Below the pieces are notes generated by a model. That model was given only the letters and a program-made list of their open reading frames with translations. It was not told where the DNA came from and did no database searches. Below, piece after piece: positions 1 to 9,830 of a stretch of DNA of 64,000 bases (position 1 is the stretch's first letter; every line of letters begins with the position of its first letter). The translations under genes and the position numbers were made by a program. The DNA is from an uncultured Gammaproteobacteria bacterium (lineage in GTDB: Bacteria > Patescibacteriota > Microgenomatia > Levybacterales > UBA12049): NCBI GenBank assembly GCA_964553245.1, contig CAZKJM010000001.1, positions 209,806 to 273,805 of the forward strand. Direction: 5' to 3'.

Positions 1-847
<847 letters not shown>

Positions 848-1813
848 TTAAATTATATTTCTCCAATAGTCTAGAGTTTGTCTTAAAGTATCCTCAATTG
901 AAATCGTTGGTTCCCATCCTGTAAGCTTATTTAATTTTGAATAATCACAATATAAATTATGTTCATCAACAGGACGAAGTAATTTTTCATCAATTTCTAC
1001 TTTTATTTTTTCTTTAGAAAAAGAAAGAAGCATATCTAATATGTCTCCTATTTTATACGATTTTCCTGATCCTATATTATAAACCTCTCCTTCTTGTCCT
1101 TTGTCGATTAATAAATCATATGCTCTTACAATGTCTTTAACGTTGGTAAAATCTCTTCTTGAATTTAAATTTCCAACTGGTAAAACCGGGTCGCGTTTGC
1201 CCTTTTCTATTTCTGCAATTTTTTTAGAGAATGCGGAAACAACAAAATTCGGACTTTGACCGGGACCGATATGATTAAAAGGTCTTGCTCTTATAATTTT
1301 TAGACCGTAAGTAATAAAATATTGAAGACCTAAATAATCCTGGGTTATTTTTGAAACCGAATATGGGTTAGCAGGATTTAGCTTGGTATCTTCGTTAACC
1401 GGCAAATCTTTTTCTAAAACCTTGCCATAAATGTCACCCGAAGAAACTACCAATATTTTCGTGTCAAAAAGCTTACTCTTTCTTACTGCCTCCAATAAGC
1501 TAACCTGAACTGATACGTTGTTCATTATCACTTCTATTGGCAAATTAAAGCTTTTAGATGTGGCTGCAAATGCGGCAAGATGATAAACTGTATCGGGTTT
1601 AATCCTTGAAACAATATCTTTTACAATATTATTGTCTGTCAAATCGCCTTTTAGAAAATTTACCTTATCTTTATATCCAATAAAAGAGTTTAATGAACTT
1701 TCATCAAGATATGTCCCATAAATTTCACAATCTTTTTTTTTACTAAGTAAATATTCAATTAAATGATAACCAACAAACCCGGTCGAACCAGTTATGAGGA
1801 TTTTACGTTGCAT
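848..1813 (-). CDS. NAD-dependent sugar epimerase/reductase, likely GDP-4-keto-6-deoxy-D-mannose reductase (Rmd-like) or GDP-fucose synthase
   Basis: GSTGFVGYHL Rossmann motif, YxxxK region, RRDFTNVKD motif; directly downstream of gmd. Confidence 0.6.
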   Translation of the reverse strand: MQRKILITGSTGFVGYHLIEYLLSKKKDCEIYGTYLDESSLNSFIGYKDKVNFLKGDLTDNNIVKDIVSRIKPDTVYHLAAFAATSKSFNLPIEVIMNNVSVQVSLLEAVRKSKLFDTKILVVSSGDIYGKVLEKDLPVNEDTKLNPANPYSVSKITQDYLGLQYFITYGLKIIRARPFNHIGPGQSPNFVVSAFSKKIAEIEKGKRDPVLPVGNLNSRRDFTNVKDIVRAYDLLIDKGQEGEVYNIGSGKSYKIGDILDMLLSFSKEKIKVEIDEKLLRPVDEHNLYCDYSKLNKLTGWEPTISIEDTLRQTLDYWRNII

Positions 1814-1816
1814 AAG

Positions 1817-3106
1817 CTATCTACCAACTCCAATATAAGTAAATCCTAATTTCTTCATTTTTTCACTGTTATAAATGTTTCTTCCGTCAATAATTATTGG
1901 ATTTTTCATAAGTCGCTTTATCTTCTTAAAATCAATCTTCTTAAAATCATCCCACTCCGTTAAAATAATTAAAAGATCTACTCCGTCTACCACAGAATAT
2001 GCATTATTTTTATATTCAATATTCTTAAGTACTTTTTCTGCACTTTCTTTTGACTTTGGATCATATGCTAAAATTTTTGCCCCATCGTTTTGCAGTAAAT
2101 TTATAATATCAATAGCAGGCGCATCCCTCATATCATCCGTATTGGCCTTATAAGCAAGACCTAAAATACCGATCTTCTTACCCCTCAAATCACCCAAGGC
2201 TTTTCTGGTTTTTTTTACGATGTCTCTTTTTGCCTGTTGATTAATATTTTCAACATCTTCAAGAAGAGAAAATTGATAATCATTATCTTTAGCAATGGAA
2301 ATTAAAGCTTTAACATCTTTTGGAAAACAACTTCCACCATATCCCGGACCAGGAGACAAAAACATACTGCCTATTCTTTTGTCCATACCTATTCCTTCTA
2401 ATACTTTTAAAGCGTCTGCGTGCAGTAATTCCGACAATTTTGCAATTGCATTTGCATAAGATATTTTAAGAGCGAGAAAAGAATTTGCAGCATATTTTAT
2501 TAGTTCTGCTGTATCAAAATTTGTCAAAATAACCGGAGCCTTTATGCTTTTGTGCACTTTTACAAGTAAATCTTGTGCCTTTTTGCTTTCCGCACCAATT
2601 ACTATTCTGTCTGGATTAACCGTGTCAGAGATTGCACTTCCTTCTCTTAGAAATTCAGGAACCGATGCATAATCAACCTTAGCGTCTTTTGGCTTGTATT
2701 CTTCTAAAATTCTTCTTACTTTTTTATTAGTTCCTGTCGGAACAGTACTTTTAGTAGCAACTACTGTGTATCCTTTTAAATTCTTGGCAATTTCTTCTGC
2801 AACCTGCAAAACAGATGACAAGTCCGCATCTCCTGTTTTTGTAGTTGGTGTACCCACCGCTATAAAAACAATGTCCGAATCAGGAATTACTTTGTTGTAA
2901 TCTAGGGTAAAAAATAAACGCTTGGCTTTGATATTTTTCTTAACCAGTTCGGAAAGTCTCGGTTCATAAATAGGAATTATTCCTTTTTTTAAATTCTCTA
3001 TTTTCTCTTTTGTGTGACCTATTACATAAACCTTGTTTCCAAAATCAGCGAAAACTGATGCCGTAACTAAGCCCACATAACCATGCCCTACAAATGTAAT
3101 TGTCAT
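1817..3106 (-). CDS. ugd: UDP-glucose 6-dehydrogenase (nucleotide-sugar dehydrogenase family)
   Basis: N-terminal GHGYVGL NAD-binding motif; catalytic GGSCFPKDV motif; 429 aa. Confidence 0.85.
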   Translation of the reverse strand: MTITFVGHGYVGLVTASVFADFGNKVYVIGHTKEKIENLKKGIIPIYEPRLSELVKKNIKAKRLFFTLDYNKVIPDSDIVFIAVGTPTTKTGDADLSSVLQVAEEIAKNLKGYTVVATKSTVPTGTNKKVRRILEEYKPKDAKVDYASVPEFLREGSAISDTVNPDRIVIGAESKKAQDLLVKVHKSIKAPVILTNFDTAELIKYAANSFLALKISYANAIAKLSELLHADALKVLEGIGMDKRIGSMFLSPGPGYGGSCFPKDVKALISIAKDNDYQFSLLEDVENINQQAKRDIVKKTRKALGDLRGKKIGILGLAYKANTDDMRDAPAIDIINLLQNDGAKILAYDPKSKESAEKVLKNIEYKNNAYSVVDGVDLLIILTEWDDFKKIDFKKIKRLMKNPIIIDGRNIYNSEKMKKLGFTYIGVGR

Positions 3107-3107
3107 A

Positions 3108-3980
3108 TTAAATAATTAATTGTTTTTTTATTTTATTTAAGCCTTCTTCAAAAGTGCTTAATTTAATCCCGAGTTTTTCTATTTTATCATTATTTAACGC
3201 TAAATTGTATGCCCTCGGCGCTTTATCCTTAAAAAAAATCTCTCTTGTTGTTTTTTCTATTAAGTCTTTGTTTAAATTAAATACTTTTGAAATCTTTATT
3301 GCAGCCTCATAAGGACTAACTATCTCATTCCCTCCCGCGTGAAATTTTCCAGTTAAATCATTTTTAATAATTAATTTAATTACATCCGAAAGATCGTCAA
3401 TAAATGTCGGAGTAAAATAATGATCACACACTGCGGTTAATTTTTTACCTTCTTCAAGTAATCTTTTAAAAAACCTCACGTATTCTTCTTTTTCAAATTT
3501 TGCTCTATACGGATAGGCTATTCTTAAAATTACCCAAGGACAAGCTGCTTTCTCCACAAACTTTTCCGCTTCTTCTTTTGTTTTTGCATAAAAATTAGCT
3601 GCACCCGTTTGATCATTTTCCGAGTATTTATCAGGTAATTCCTTGTCGCCGGAAAAAACCATATCTGTTGATAAATAGATTATTTTTTTGTTAAATTTTT
3701 CACATGCCTCTAAAACGTTTTTTGTTCCCAAAACATTTACTTGCCATACTGTGCTTTTTTCTTGTAAGCTTTTTTCTTTTTCTGCATCATCTACGCCTGT
3801 AAATGCTGCTAGATGGAGAATTGTTCTTGCCGAAGAATTACTTATTGCTTCAAAAATCTGTTCTTTTATAGAAACGTCAACTCCGTATTTTCTGCTTAAA
3901 TCCCTAAATTCAAAATCGGGTAATAACTCAACTATTCTTGAACCAACAAGTCCCGATAAACCTGTTCCTAATATCTTCAT
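3108..3980 (-). CDS. rfbD: dTDP-4-dehydrorhamnose reductase
   Basis: 290 aa short-chain reductase with GxxGxxG start; adjacent to rfbB; RmlD-like length and motifs. Confidence 0.7.
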   Translation of the reverse strand: MKILGTGLSGLVGSRIVELLPDFEFRDLSRKYGVDVSIKEQIFEAISNSSARTILHLAAFTGVDDAEKEKSLQEKSTVWQVNVLGTKNVLEACEKFNKKIIYLSTDMVFSGDKELPDKYSENDQTGAANFYAKTKEEAEKFVEKAACPWVILRIAYPYRAKFEKEEYVRFFKRLLEEGKKLTAVCDHYFTPTFIDDLSDVIKLIIKNDLTGKFHAGGNEIVSPYEAAIKISKVFNLNKDLIEKTTREIFFKDKAPRAYNLALNNDKIEKLGIKLSTFEEGLNKIKKQLII

Positions 3981-4990
3981 ATTTTTCTGTATTGCTTCTC
4001 ATAGTATTTTTGATATTCTCCGTTTTTTACATTTTTCCACCAACTTTCGTTTTCTTTATACCATTCAATTGTCTTCTCAAGCCATTCATCGAAACTATGA
4101 AGAGGCTCCCATCCTAATTCATTTTTTATTTTTGACCAATCGACTGCATATCTTCTGTCATGGCCAAGTCTATCCTTAACAAATTCTATAGAATCTTCAT
4201 TCTTTCCTAAAATGTTTAAAATCTTTTTTATAACCGTTAAGTTATTAACGTCTTCCGTTAAACCACCTATGCAGTAAGTTTCTCCAACTTTTCCTTTTTG
4301 CAAAATTAAATCAATAGCTCTGCAATGATCCTCAACATAAAGCCAATCTCTTACGTAAAGTCCATCTCCATATACGGGAACTTTCTTATCCTCTAATAAA
4401 TTCGTAATTGCTAATGGAATTACTTTTTCCGGAAATTGTAGCGGTCCAAAATTATTTGAGCAGTTAGAAATTGTCACTGGTAAACCGTAGGTATGATAAT
4501 ATGCCATTACCAAATGATCTGACGCTGCTTTACTTGCTGAATACGGACTTCTGGGATCATAATTTGTTCGTTCATTAAATTTACTCATTTCATTAAGTTT
4601 TAAGCTCCCATAAACCTCATCTGTAGAAATATGATGAAATCTTTTAACATTGTTTTTAAGCACTGCATCTAGCAATACTTGTGTTCCTATAACATTTGTT
4701 GTCACAAAAGACGACGGCTCAAGTATTGATCTGTCAACGTGGCTTTCTGCTGCAAAATGAACTATTACATCAATTTCTCTAACTACCTCGTTAACAAACT
4801 TTGGATCACAAATATCACCATGGGTAAATTTATAATTTTTGTTATTTTCTACAGACTTAAGGTTTTCTAAATTACCAGCGTATGTTAATTTATCCAGATT
4901 AACAATTTGGTCATTGGGATGATTCTTAAGCCAATAAAGTATAAAATTTGAACCAATAAATCCCGCTCCGCCTGTTATTAACATCTTCAT
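3977..4990 (-). CDS. rfbB: dTDP-glucose 4,6-dehydratase
   Basis: MKMLITGGAGFIGSNF..., HFAAESHVDRS, YSASKAASDH motifs typical of RmlB; 337 aa. Confidence 0.85.
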   Translation of the reverse strand: MKMLITGGAGFIGSNFILYWLKNHPNDQIVNLDKLTYAGNLENLKSVENNKNYKFTHGDICDPKFVNEVVREIDVIVHFAAESHVDRSILEPSSFVTTNVIGTQVLLDAVLKNNVKRFHHISTDEVYGSLKLNEMSKFNERTNYDPRSPYSASKAASDHLVMAYYHTYGLPVTISNCSNNFGPLQFPEKVIPLAITNLLEDKKVPVYGDGLYVRDWLYVEDHCRAIDLILQKGKVGETYCIGGLTEDVNNLTVIKKILNILGKNEDSIEFVKDRLGHDRRYAVDWSKIKNELGWEPLHSFDEWLEKTIEWYKENESWWKNVKNGEYQKYYEKQYRKI

Positions 4991-5529
4991 AATCTTTTTT
5001 CCTTAACTAATTTTTCTATTAAGAGAATAGCATACATTGTCGGTAGATTGTTAACTTTTCCCTCTAAAACCATTTCTACTGTCTTTTTTAAGGGGATTTT
5101 TATTAGCTCAATTGTTTCTCCTTCTTCCGGTTTTGGCTCTTTCTCCTCCAATTCTTTTGCCAAAAAATAATGAAGCCTTGATTGAACAACACTTGCGGAT
5201 CCTTCAACCCTTCCTATTTCTTCCCAATGTCTTGCTATTAATCCTGTTTCTTCTCTTAATTCTCTTTTTGCTGCAAAAAGCGCTTTTTCTCCATCATCAA
5301 TATGTCCTGCTGTGAATTCAATTACATAATCATTGAACATATGTCTGTATTGCCTTATTAAGTATAGCTCGTAATCATTGGTTAATGGAATAATCATAAC
5401 GGAGGGCTTTCTTATTACGGTTTCGTATGTATGCTTATTCCCATTTGGTAATAAAATTTTTTCTTTTTCTACTTCAAAAAATTTTGTTTTTAAAAGCTTT
5501 TTTCGGGAAATTATTTTCCAGTTACTCAT
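4987..5529 (-). CDS. NUDIX hydrolase (nucleoside-diphosphate-sugar or ADP-ribose pyrophosphatase-like)
   Basis: Complete Nudix box GHIDDGEKALFAAKRELREETGL; 180 aa; sits between rfbB and rfbA. Confidence 0.75.
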   Translation of the reverse strand: MSNWKIISRKKLLKTKFFEVEKEKILLPNGNKHTYETVIRKPSVMIIPLTNDYELYLIRQYRHMFNDYVIEFTAGHIDDGEKALFAAKRELREETGLIARHWEEIGRVEGSASVVQSRLHYFLAKELEEKEPKPEEGETIELIKIPLKKTVEMVLEGKVNNLPTMYAILLIEKLVKEKRL

Positions 5530-6267
5530 TTAAAGCTCCCCATTTTTTACTTTTTCAGATACGAGGTTATTTGCTCTTAACAATTCATCGTGCGATGTCC
5601 CAGCGTCTATCCACCAATTAATTAGTTCGCAAGTTAAAGAACCTTCTTTAAGATAAAAATTATTTAAATCCGTAACTTCTAATTCACCACGTCCTGACGG
5701 CTTTAATTTTTTAATAAAGTCGCATACTCTCTTGTCGTAAATATATATACCCGATTGAGCAATGTCCGACTTTGGAAATTCCGGTTTTTCTTCTATTGAT
5801 AATACTTTGCCGCTTTTATCTACTTCTATTACTCCATATTGTCCTGATTCTGTTGGCATTTTTACTCCAAAAACCATTGCTCCCTTGCTTTTTTCTTCAA
5901 ATTTTTTTACATAATTACTAAGATCAAAGCTAAAAATATTGTCACCTAAAATAACAAGCAAGTTATCGTCTTCGGCAAATTCTTTAGTTAACATAATTGC
6001 GTCGGCAATTCCACCTTTTGCATTTTTTTGAACAGCATAATAAAGTTTTATACCAAAGTCCTCTCCAGCTCCTAAAAGGCTGGCAAAATGCCCTGCATGG
6101 TCAGGAGAACTAGTGATCAAAACCTCTTTTACTCCTGCTTTTACCATTGACTCTATTGGATAATAAATCATTGGTTTATTGTAAATAGGTAAAAGATGTT
6201 TGTTAGTAACTAACGTAAGCGGTCTTAGTCTGGTTGCCATTCCACCTGCCAATATTACCCCTTTCAT
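5530..6267 (-). CDS. rfbA: glucose-1-phosphate thymidylyltransferase / sugar-phosphate nucleotidyltransferase (short form)
   Basis: MKGVILAGGMATRLRPLT... G-x-G-T-R-L signature; 245 aa. Confidence 0.8.
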   Translation of the reverse strand: MKGVILAGGMATRLRPLTLVTNKHLLPIYNKPMIYYPIESMVKAGVKEVLITSSPDHAGHFASLLGAGEDFGIKLYYAVQKNAKGGIADAIMLTKEFAEDDNLLVILGDNIFSFDLSNYVKKFEEKSKGAMVFGVKMPTESGQYGVIEVDKSGKVLSIEEKPEFPKSDIAQSGIYIYDKRVCDFIKKLKPSGRGELEVTDLNNFYLKEGSLTCELINWWIDAGTSHDELLRANNLVSEKVKNGEL

Positions 6268-6310
6268 ATTTCGATCTCCTCACTATGATATTGAGTATTA
6301 GTCGGATGCA

Positions 6311-6583
6311 TCATAATCCCATTCCTCCTTTGAGTAAAAATAGCATAATTGTTATCCCAAGACTTCCAATAAGTACATATTCTATCATAATTCTTACCGT
6401 TAAATCATGATTTATTTTGTGATGTAATAATCCCCAACCGATATAAAAAATCGTTGTTATTATAAATACAAGCATCTGAAGCTGTCTATTTGGTGAAGCA
6501 AAAAGAAAAAGTAAAAAACCCAATATTAAAAGGCTAACCAAAGAAAAATAATAACCTATATGCCTATCTGTTTTTTTCATCAT
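6311..6583 (-). CDS. small integral membrane protein (3 predicted TM helices), unknown function
   Basis: 90 aa, strongly hydrophobic; start overlaps the upstream CAP-protein stop. Confidence 0.5.
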   Translation of the reverse strand: MMKKTDRHIGYYFSLVSLLILGFLLFLFASPNRQLQMLVFIITTIFYIGWGLLHHKINHDLTVRIMIEYVLIGSLGITIMLFLLKGGMGL

Positions 6584-7497
6584 TAAATTACTATTCCGTT
6601 AGTTAATATTCCAATCATTATTAATAATAATCCCAAGAATAAAATATGGTCAATATTGTGCCCCACAAATCTAACTAATTTCCTTCGTTCAATTACAATC
6701 ATATCTAAAAGTAGTACTAAAATTAAAAGAATAATTATTGTTTTTGCTATATTGGAAGAAAGATTAATACTATCAATTAATGGTTCCTCTGAATTAATTT
6801 GCGCGGAACTTCTTTTAATTTCCGCGCCAAGCTTACTACCCGCAACTTGAGCCACATTTTGCACACTCGGCTGCTCTTCTGCTTTTACCAAGGATGATTC
6901 AATTTCTTTTTTTGTTTCCTGAGGCACTTGAGCCAATTCCCTGCTTCCAAACATTTCAACTACTAAAACAGTTTCTTCACCGTTTAATACTCCAGTATTA
7001 ACGGCAAAACCTATTTCTTTATAATTTGGGGATAAAATATTTTTTTTATGCGTCGGGCTTGCCATCCATGCATTTATTACATCCGTTGTATTAGTAAAAC
7101 CTCTCGCTAAATTTTCTCCTGCATAAACATAGTTATATCCGGCATTTTTAATAAATATCCATGGGGTTTTACCACTAGGTGATTCGTGAGCCCAGTAATT
7201 TTCGGAAAACATATCTATTGCTTTACCGGCAGCTGCATTCGACAATTCTTGATTAAGACTTAAAGGCGCTAATCCATTTGCTTGCCTTTGACTATTTGTA
7301 AGCAATAATAATTCATCGTAAGTAATATTGCTAGAAATTCCCAAAACAGAAGAAAAATTATTCCTTAAAAAGGAAAGCGCAAATCCTCCAATAAACAAGA
7401 ATATAATCAAGAATAAAATACTCTTGTGGTGAAGCAATCTCGCCCTGTAATTATTTGATTCATGAGGATAAAAATAATGAATCAAAAACTTCATCAT
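6583..7497 (-). CDS. membrane-anchored CAP/SCP/PR-1 domain protein
   Basis: N-terminal TM helix; CAP signature GENLARG...NAWMASPTHKKNILSPNYKEIGFAV; C-terminal hydrophobic segments. Confidence 0.65.
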   Translation of the reverse strand: MMKFLIHYFYPHESNNYRARLLHHKSILFLIIFLFIGGFALSFLRNNFSSVLGISSNITYDELLLLTNSQRQANGLAPLSLNQELSNAAAGKAIDMFSENYWAHESPSGKTPWIFIKNAGYNYVYAGENLARGFTNTTDVINAWMASPTHKKNILSPNYKEIGFAVNTGVLNGEETVLVVEMFGSRELAQVPQETKKEIESSLVKAEEQPSVQNVAQVAGSKLGAEIKRSSAQINSEEPLIDSINLSSNIAKTIIILLILVLLLDMIVIERRKLVRFVGHNIDHILFLGLLLIMIGILTNGIVI

Positions 7498-7540
7498 AAG
7501 ATTATTATTCCATTTTTATTTTAAAATACAAGAAGATACT

Positions 7541-8470
7541 TCATTTGTAAGCTGGTTCTACTGATCTTAGGTTGCCGTTAATCGGGATCTTTAAAAAATG
7601 ACTTAAAGAATTTGCTATTGATAAACCAACTCTTAAACCGGTATACGAACCCGGTCCGGTATTAACTTTTATTTCTGATAGGTTATTTAAATTCATTCTG
7701 TGTTTTTTTAAGATTTTTTCAATCATAGGCAAAACCGCTTGCGCTTTTTGATAATTAATTTTTTGCTTATTAACATACTGCTTTTTCCTGATTTTTATTC
7801 CTACAGATATATATTCATTACTGGAAGTATCTATTTGCAAAATAACATTTTTTTCTTTTGACATTTCTTCGTCGGTTGGGGGATTAATATCTGATATTTC
7901 TATTGCTCCTTGTCTTAATATTTTCCAAGGAATTTTTGAACAATCGATAACCGTCGAAGGTGTTTTTAATTTACACTTTCCTTCCAATGTAAAATCTACT
8001 TTCTCTATTATTTTTAGGTCAATATCAGTTAACTCATAGGGAGTAGCTAAGCCCACAAAGTTTGCAGACGAACCGATTATTGGAACCCCAACTTTGTTTA
8101 TTAAATCTAAAATTTTTTTATTATTTGGCATTCTGACTCCTAAAGTATTTCCATTGCCTCTTATAAGCGGATTTATTTTTTCTTTTTCGCAAGCAAGGAC
8201 AATGGTTAATGCACCCGGCCAATATTTACTTATTAATTTTTCAAAAACTTCCTTAGGAATTTTTTTTAGATACTTACTTGCCATTTCTACGCTTCCCACC
8301 AAAACGGGAAAGGGTTGATTCTTTTTTCTACCTCTTATTTTTATTAATTTTTTAATTGCCCTGTCGCTATCTATCCTACAACCTATTCCAAACGCCGTGT
8401 CAGTTGGAAAAATTATTATTCCTTCGTTGCGAAGAACATCACTTGCTTTTTTTAAATCAAAATCTTTCAT
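7541..8470 (-). CDS. fusion protein: L-threonylcarbamoyladenylate synthase TsaC/YrdC domain plus TsaB (YeaZ) N-terminal-like domain
   Basis: N-terminal IIIFPTDTAFGIGC (YrdC/Sua5 motif). C-terminal ILQIDTSSNEYISVGI ... VNTGPGSYTGLRVGLSIANSL matches the TsaB/YeaZ N-terminal signature (GPGSFTGLRIG). Confidence 0.7.
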   Translation of the reverse strand: MKDFDLKKASDVLRNEGIIIFPTDTAFGIGCRIDSDRAIKKLIKIRGRKKNQPFPVLVGSVEMASKYLKKIPKEVFEKLISKYWPGALTIVLACEKEKINPLIRGNGNTLGVRMPNNKKILDLINKVGVPIIGSSANFVGLATPYELTDIDLKIIEKVDFTLEGKCKLKTPSTVIDCSKIPWKILRQGAIEISDINPPTDEEMSKEKNVILQIDTSSNEYISVGIKIRKKQYVNKQKINYQKAQAVLPMIEKILKKHRMNLNNLSEIKVNTGPGSYTGLRVGLSIANSLSHFLKIPINGNLRSVEPAYK

Positions 8471-8901
8471 TTAAATTCAATCTCTCTTTCGTTATCTTTT
8501 AAATATTTAAATTTTATTTCTGTTCTGTTTTTCGGCAATAATTTTCTTATTTTTTCTGACCATTCTATAGCGACTATATTATTTTTATCGTTGATAATTT
8601 CGTCTAATTCCATTCCTACAACATCGTTTTCGCTATCAATTCTATATAAATCAATGTGGTAAAAATATTTTGCTTTTATTTTTTTATTGTTAAGCTTATA
8701 GCTTCTTACAATTATAAACGTTGGGGAGATTATTCTATTCTTTATACCAAGTCCACTAACTAAACCTTGGACAAAAGTAGTTTTTCCTCCACCCAATTCT
8801 CCTGAAAGCGCAATAACTTCTCCTCCTTTAAGGGTACTAGAAAACTTTTCCCCTAATAATTGAGTTTCTTTGAAATTTTTTGTTATGACCATTTGACTCA
8901 T
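8467..8901 (-). CDS. tsaE: tRNA threonylcarbamoyladenosine biosynthesis ATPase TsaE
   Basis: LSGELGGGKTTFVQGL P-loop typical of YjeE/TsaE; 144 aa; overlaps the fusion gene by 4 nt. Confidence 0.8.
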   Translation of the reverse strand: MSQMVITKNFKETQLLGEKFSSTLKGGEVIALSGELGGGKTTFVQGLVSGLGIKNRIISPTFIIVRSYKLNNKKIKAKYFYHIDLYRIDSENDVVGMELDEIINDKNNIVAIEWSEKIRKLLPKNRTEIKFKYLKDNEREIEFK

Positions 8902-9761
8902 AAATTATTCTTTTTCTTTTTGTAAAAAAGATATCCAAGTATACCACAGATAACCATAAAGACTCCTCCAATTATGGTAAAAATAGGAAATAGATTATTT
9001 TTTCCTTTCACAATAACTTTTTCTATTTTTTTAGTTGGGGTCAGAGTTGCGCTTGAAGTTCCTATATTAATTATATTCTTACCCAAAACCAAAGTTTTCT
9101 TTGTAGTAACGGTTTTATAGATGTTATTAGATTTTACTGTAGTAGTGGTTGTAGCGAAAGTAAGTGTTGTAACTAATTTTGTTGTGTTACTACTCCTCGT
9201 CGGAGTTGGTGTTTTAGTAGGAGACTTTGTGTTGGTTGCGGTTGGTGTTTTAGTAGGAGACGGAGTAACTGTGAAAGTAGGTGTTAACGTAGGAGTTAAA
9301 GTCGGAGGCAAGCTATTCTCACAACCTTTCGTTGAATTAGACAAAACAGTAATCTCACCTACTCCGTCGGGCGATCTTCCAATTGAGACTTCAGATCCGT
9401 AATCGTTTTCATATTTATATTGATCAATAATCTCACCAGTTGGCGAAAACAAAACTACATAATCTCCATCATTATTTAAAAAAGAAGAGCATTCAAAGTA
9501 AGGATAAAGGAGATTTGAGTTATTTATTTCCGAAAGCGATTTTTTTGAACTACTTCCGGAATCGCTTGTAAAATCCGGGTCATCATCTAAGTAATAATTT
9601 AATAGATCTAGATTGTCAGGATTGTAAAATTCAACCCACTCTTTATTTCCTGTTAACGGATGAGGAAAAAATTCGTTAATTTTTAAGCTTGAAGCAAAGG
9701 AAATATCCGTAAAATAAATATTTAGAAAAAATAGTATTAAAATAAATAAAATTTTTTTCAC
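8898..9761 (-). CDS. secreted/anchored lamin-tail-domain (LTD) protein with Pro/Thr-rich linker and C-terminal TM anchor
   Basis: Signal peptide; LKINEFFPHP...EWVEFYN LTD start motif; PTLTPTLTPTFTVTPSPTKTPTATNTKSPTKTPTPT linker; C-terminal hydrophobic helix plus KKKKNNL. Confidence 0.6.
   Translation of the reverse strand: MKKILFILILFFLNIYFTDISFASSLKINEFFPHPLTGNKEWVEFYNPDNLDLLNYYLDDDPDFTSDSGSSSKKSLSEINNSNLLYPYFECSSFLNNDGDYVVLFSPTGEIIDQYKYENDYGSEVSIGRSPDGVGEITVLSNSTKGCENSLPPTLTPTLTPTFTVTPSPTKTPTATNTKSPTKTPTPTRSSNTTKLVTTLTFATTTTTVKSNNIYKTVTTKKTLVLGKNIINIGTSSATLTPTKKIEKVIVKGKNNLFPIFTIIGGVFMVICGILGYLFYKKKKNNL
9199..9262. repeat. 36-bp tandem repeat (2 copies, gttggtgttttagtaggagac core) encoding the PT-rich linker
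   Basis: Identical 21-mer at 9205-9225 and 9241-9261. Confidence 0.7.
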
Positions 9762-9830
9762 TTAATTAGTTACTAATAAGAGTATTAAATAAATAACTGA
9801 TGAATATCAAGGAATAAAACTAAGAAGAAA

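Noticed and set aside
1875-2153. Plus-strand ORFs (1875-2153, 2694-2900, 3688-4179, 5112-5315, 5427-5621, 6656-6850, 8094-8318 and similar) overlapping minus-strand genes
   Set aside because: All lie antisense to well-supported conserved genes, are low-complexity and hydrophobic, and lack SD sequences; they are typical shadow ORFs in AT-rich DNA.
9121-9402. Plus-strand ORF encoding VGVGVLVGD repeats
   Set aside because: It is the antisense reading of the Pro/Thr-linker tandem repeat in the LTD protein gene.
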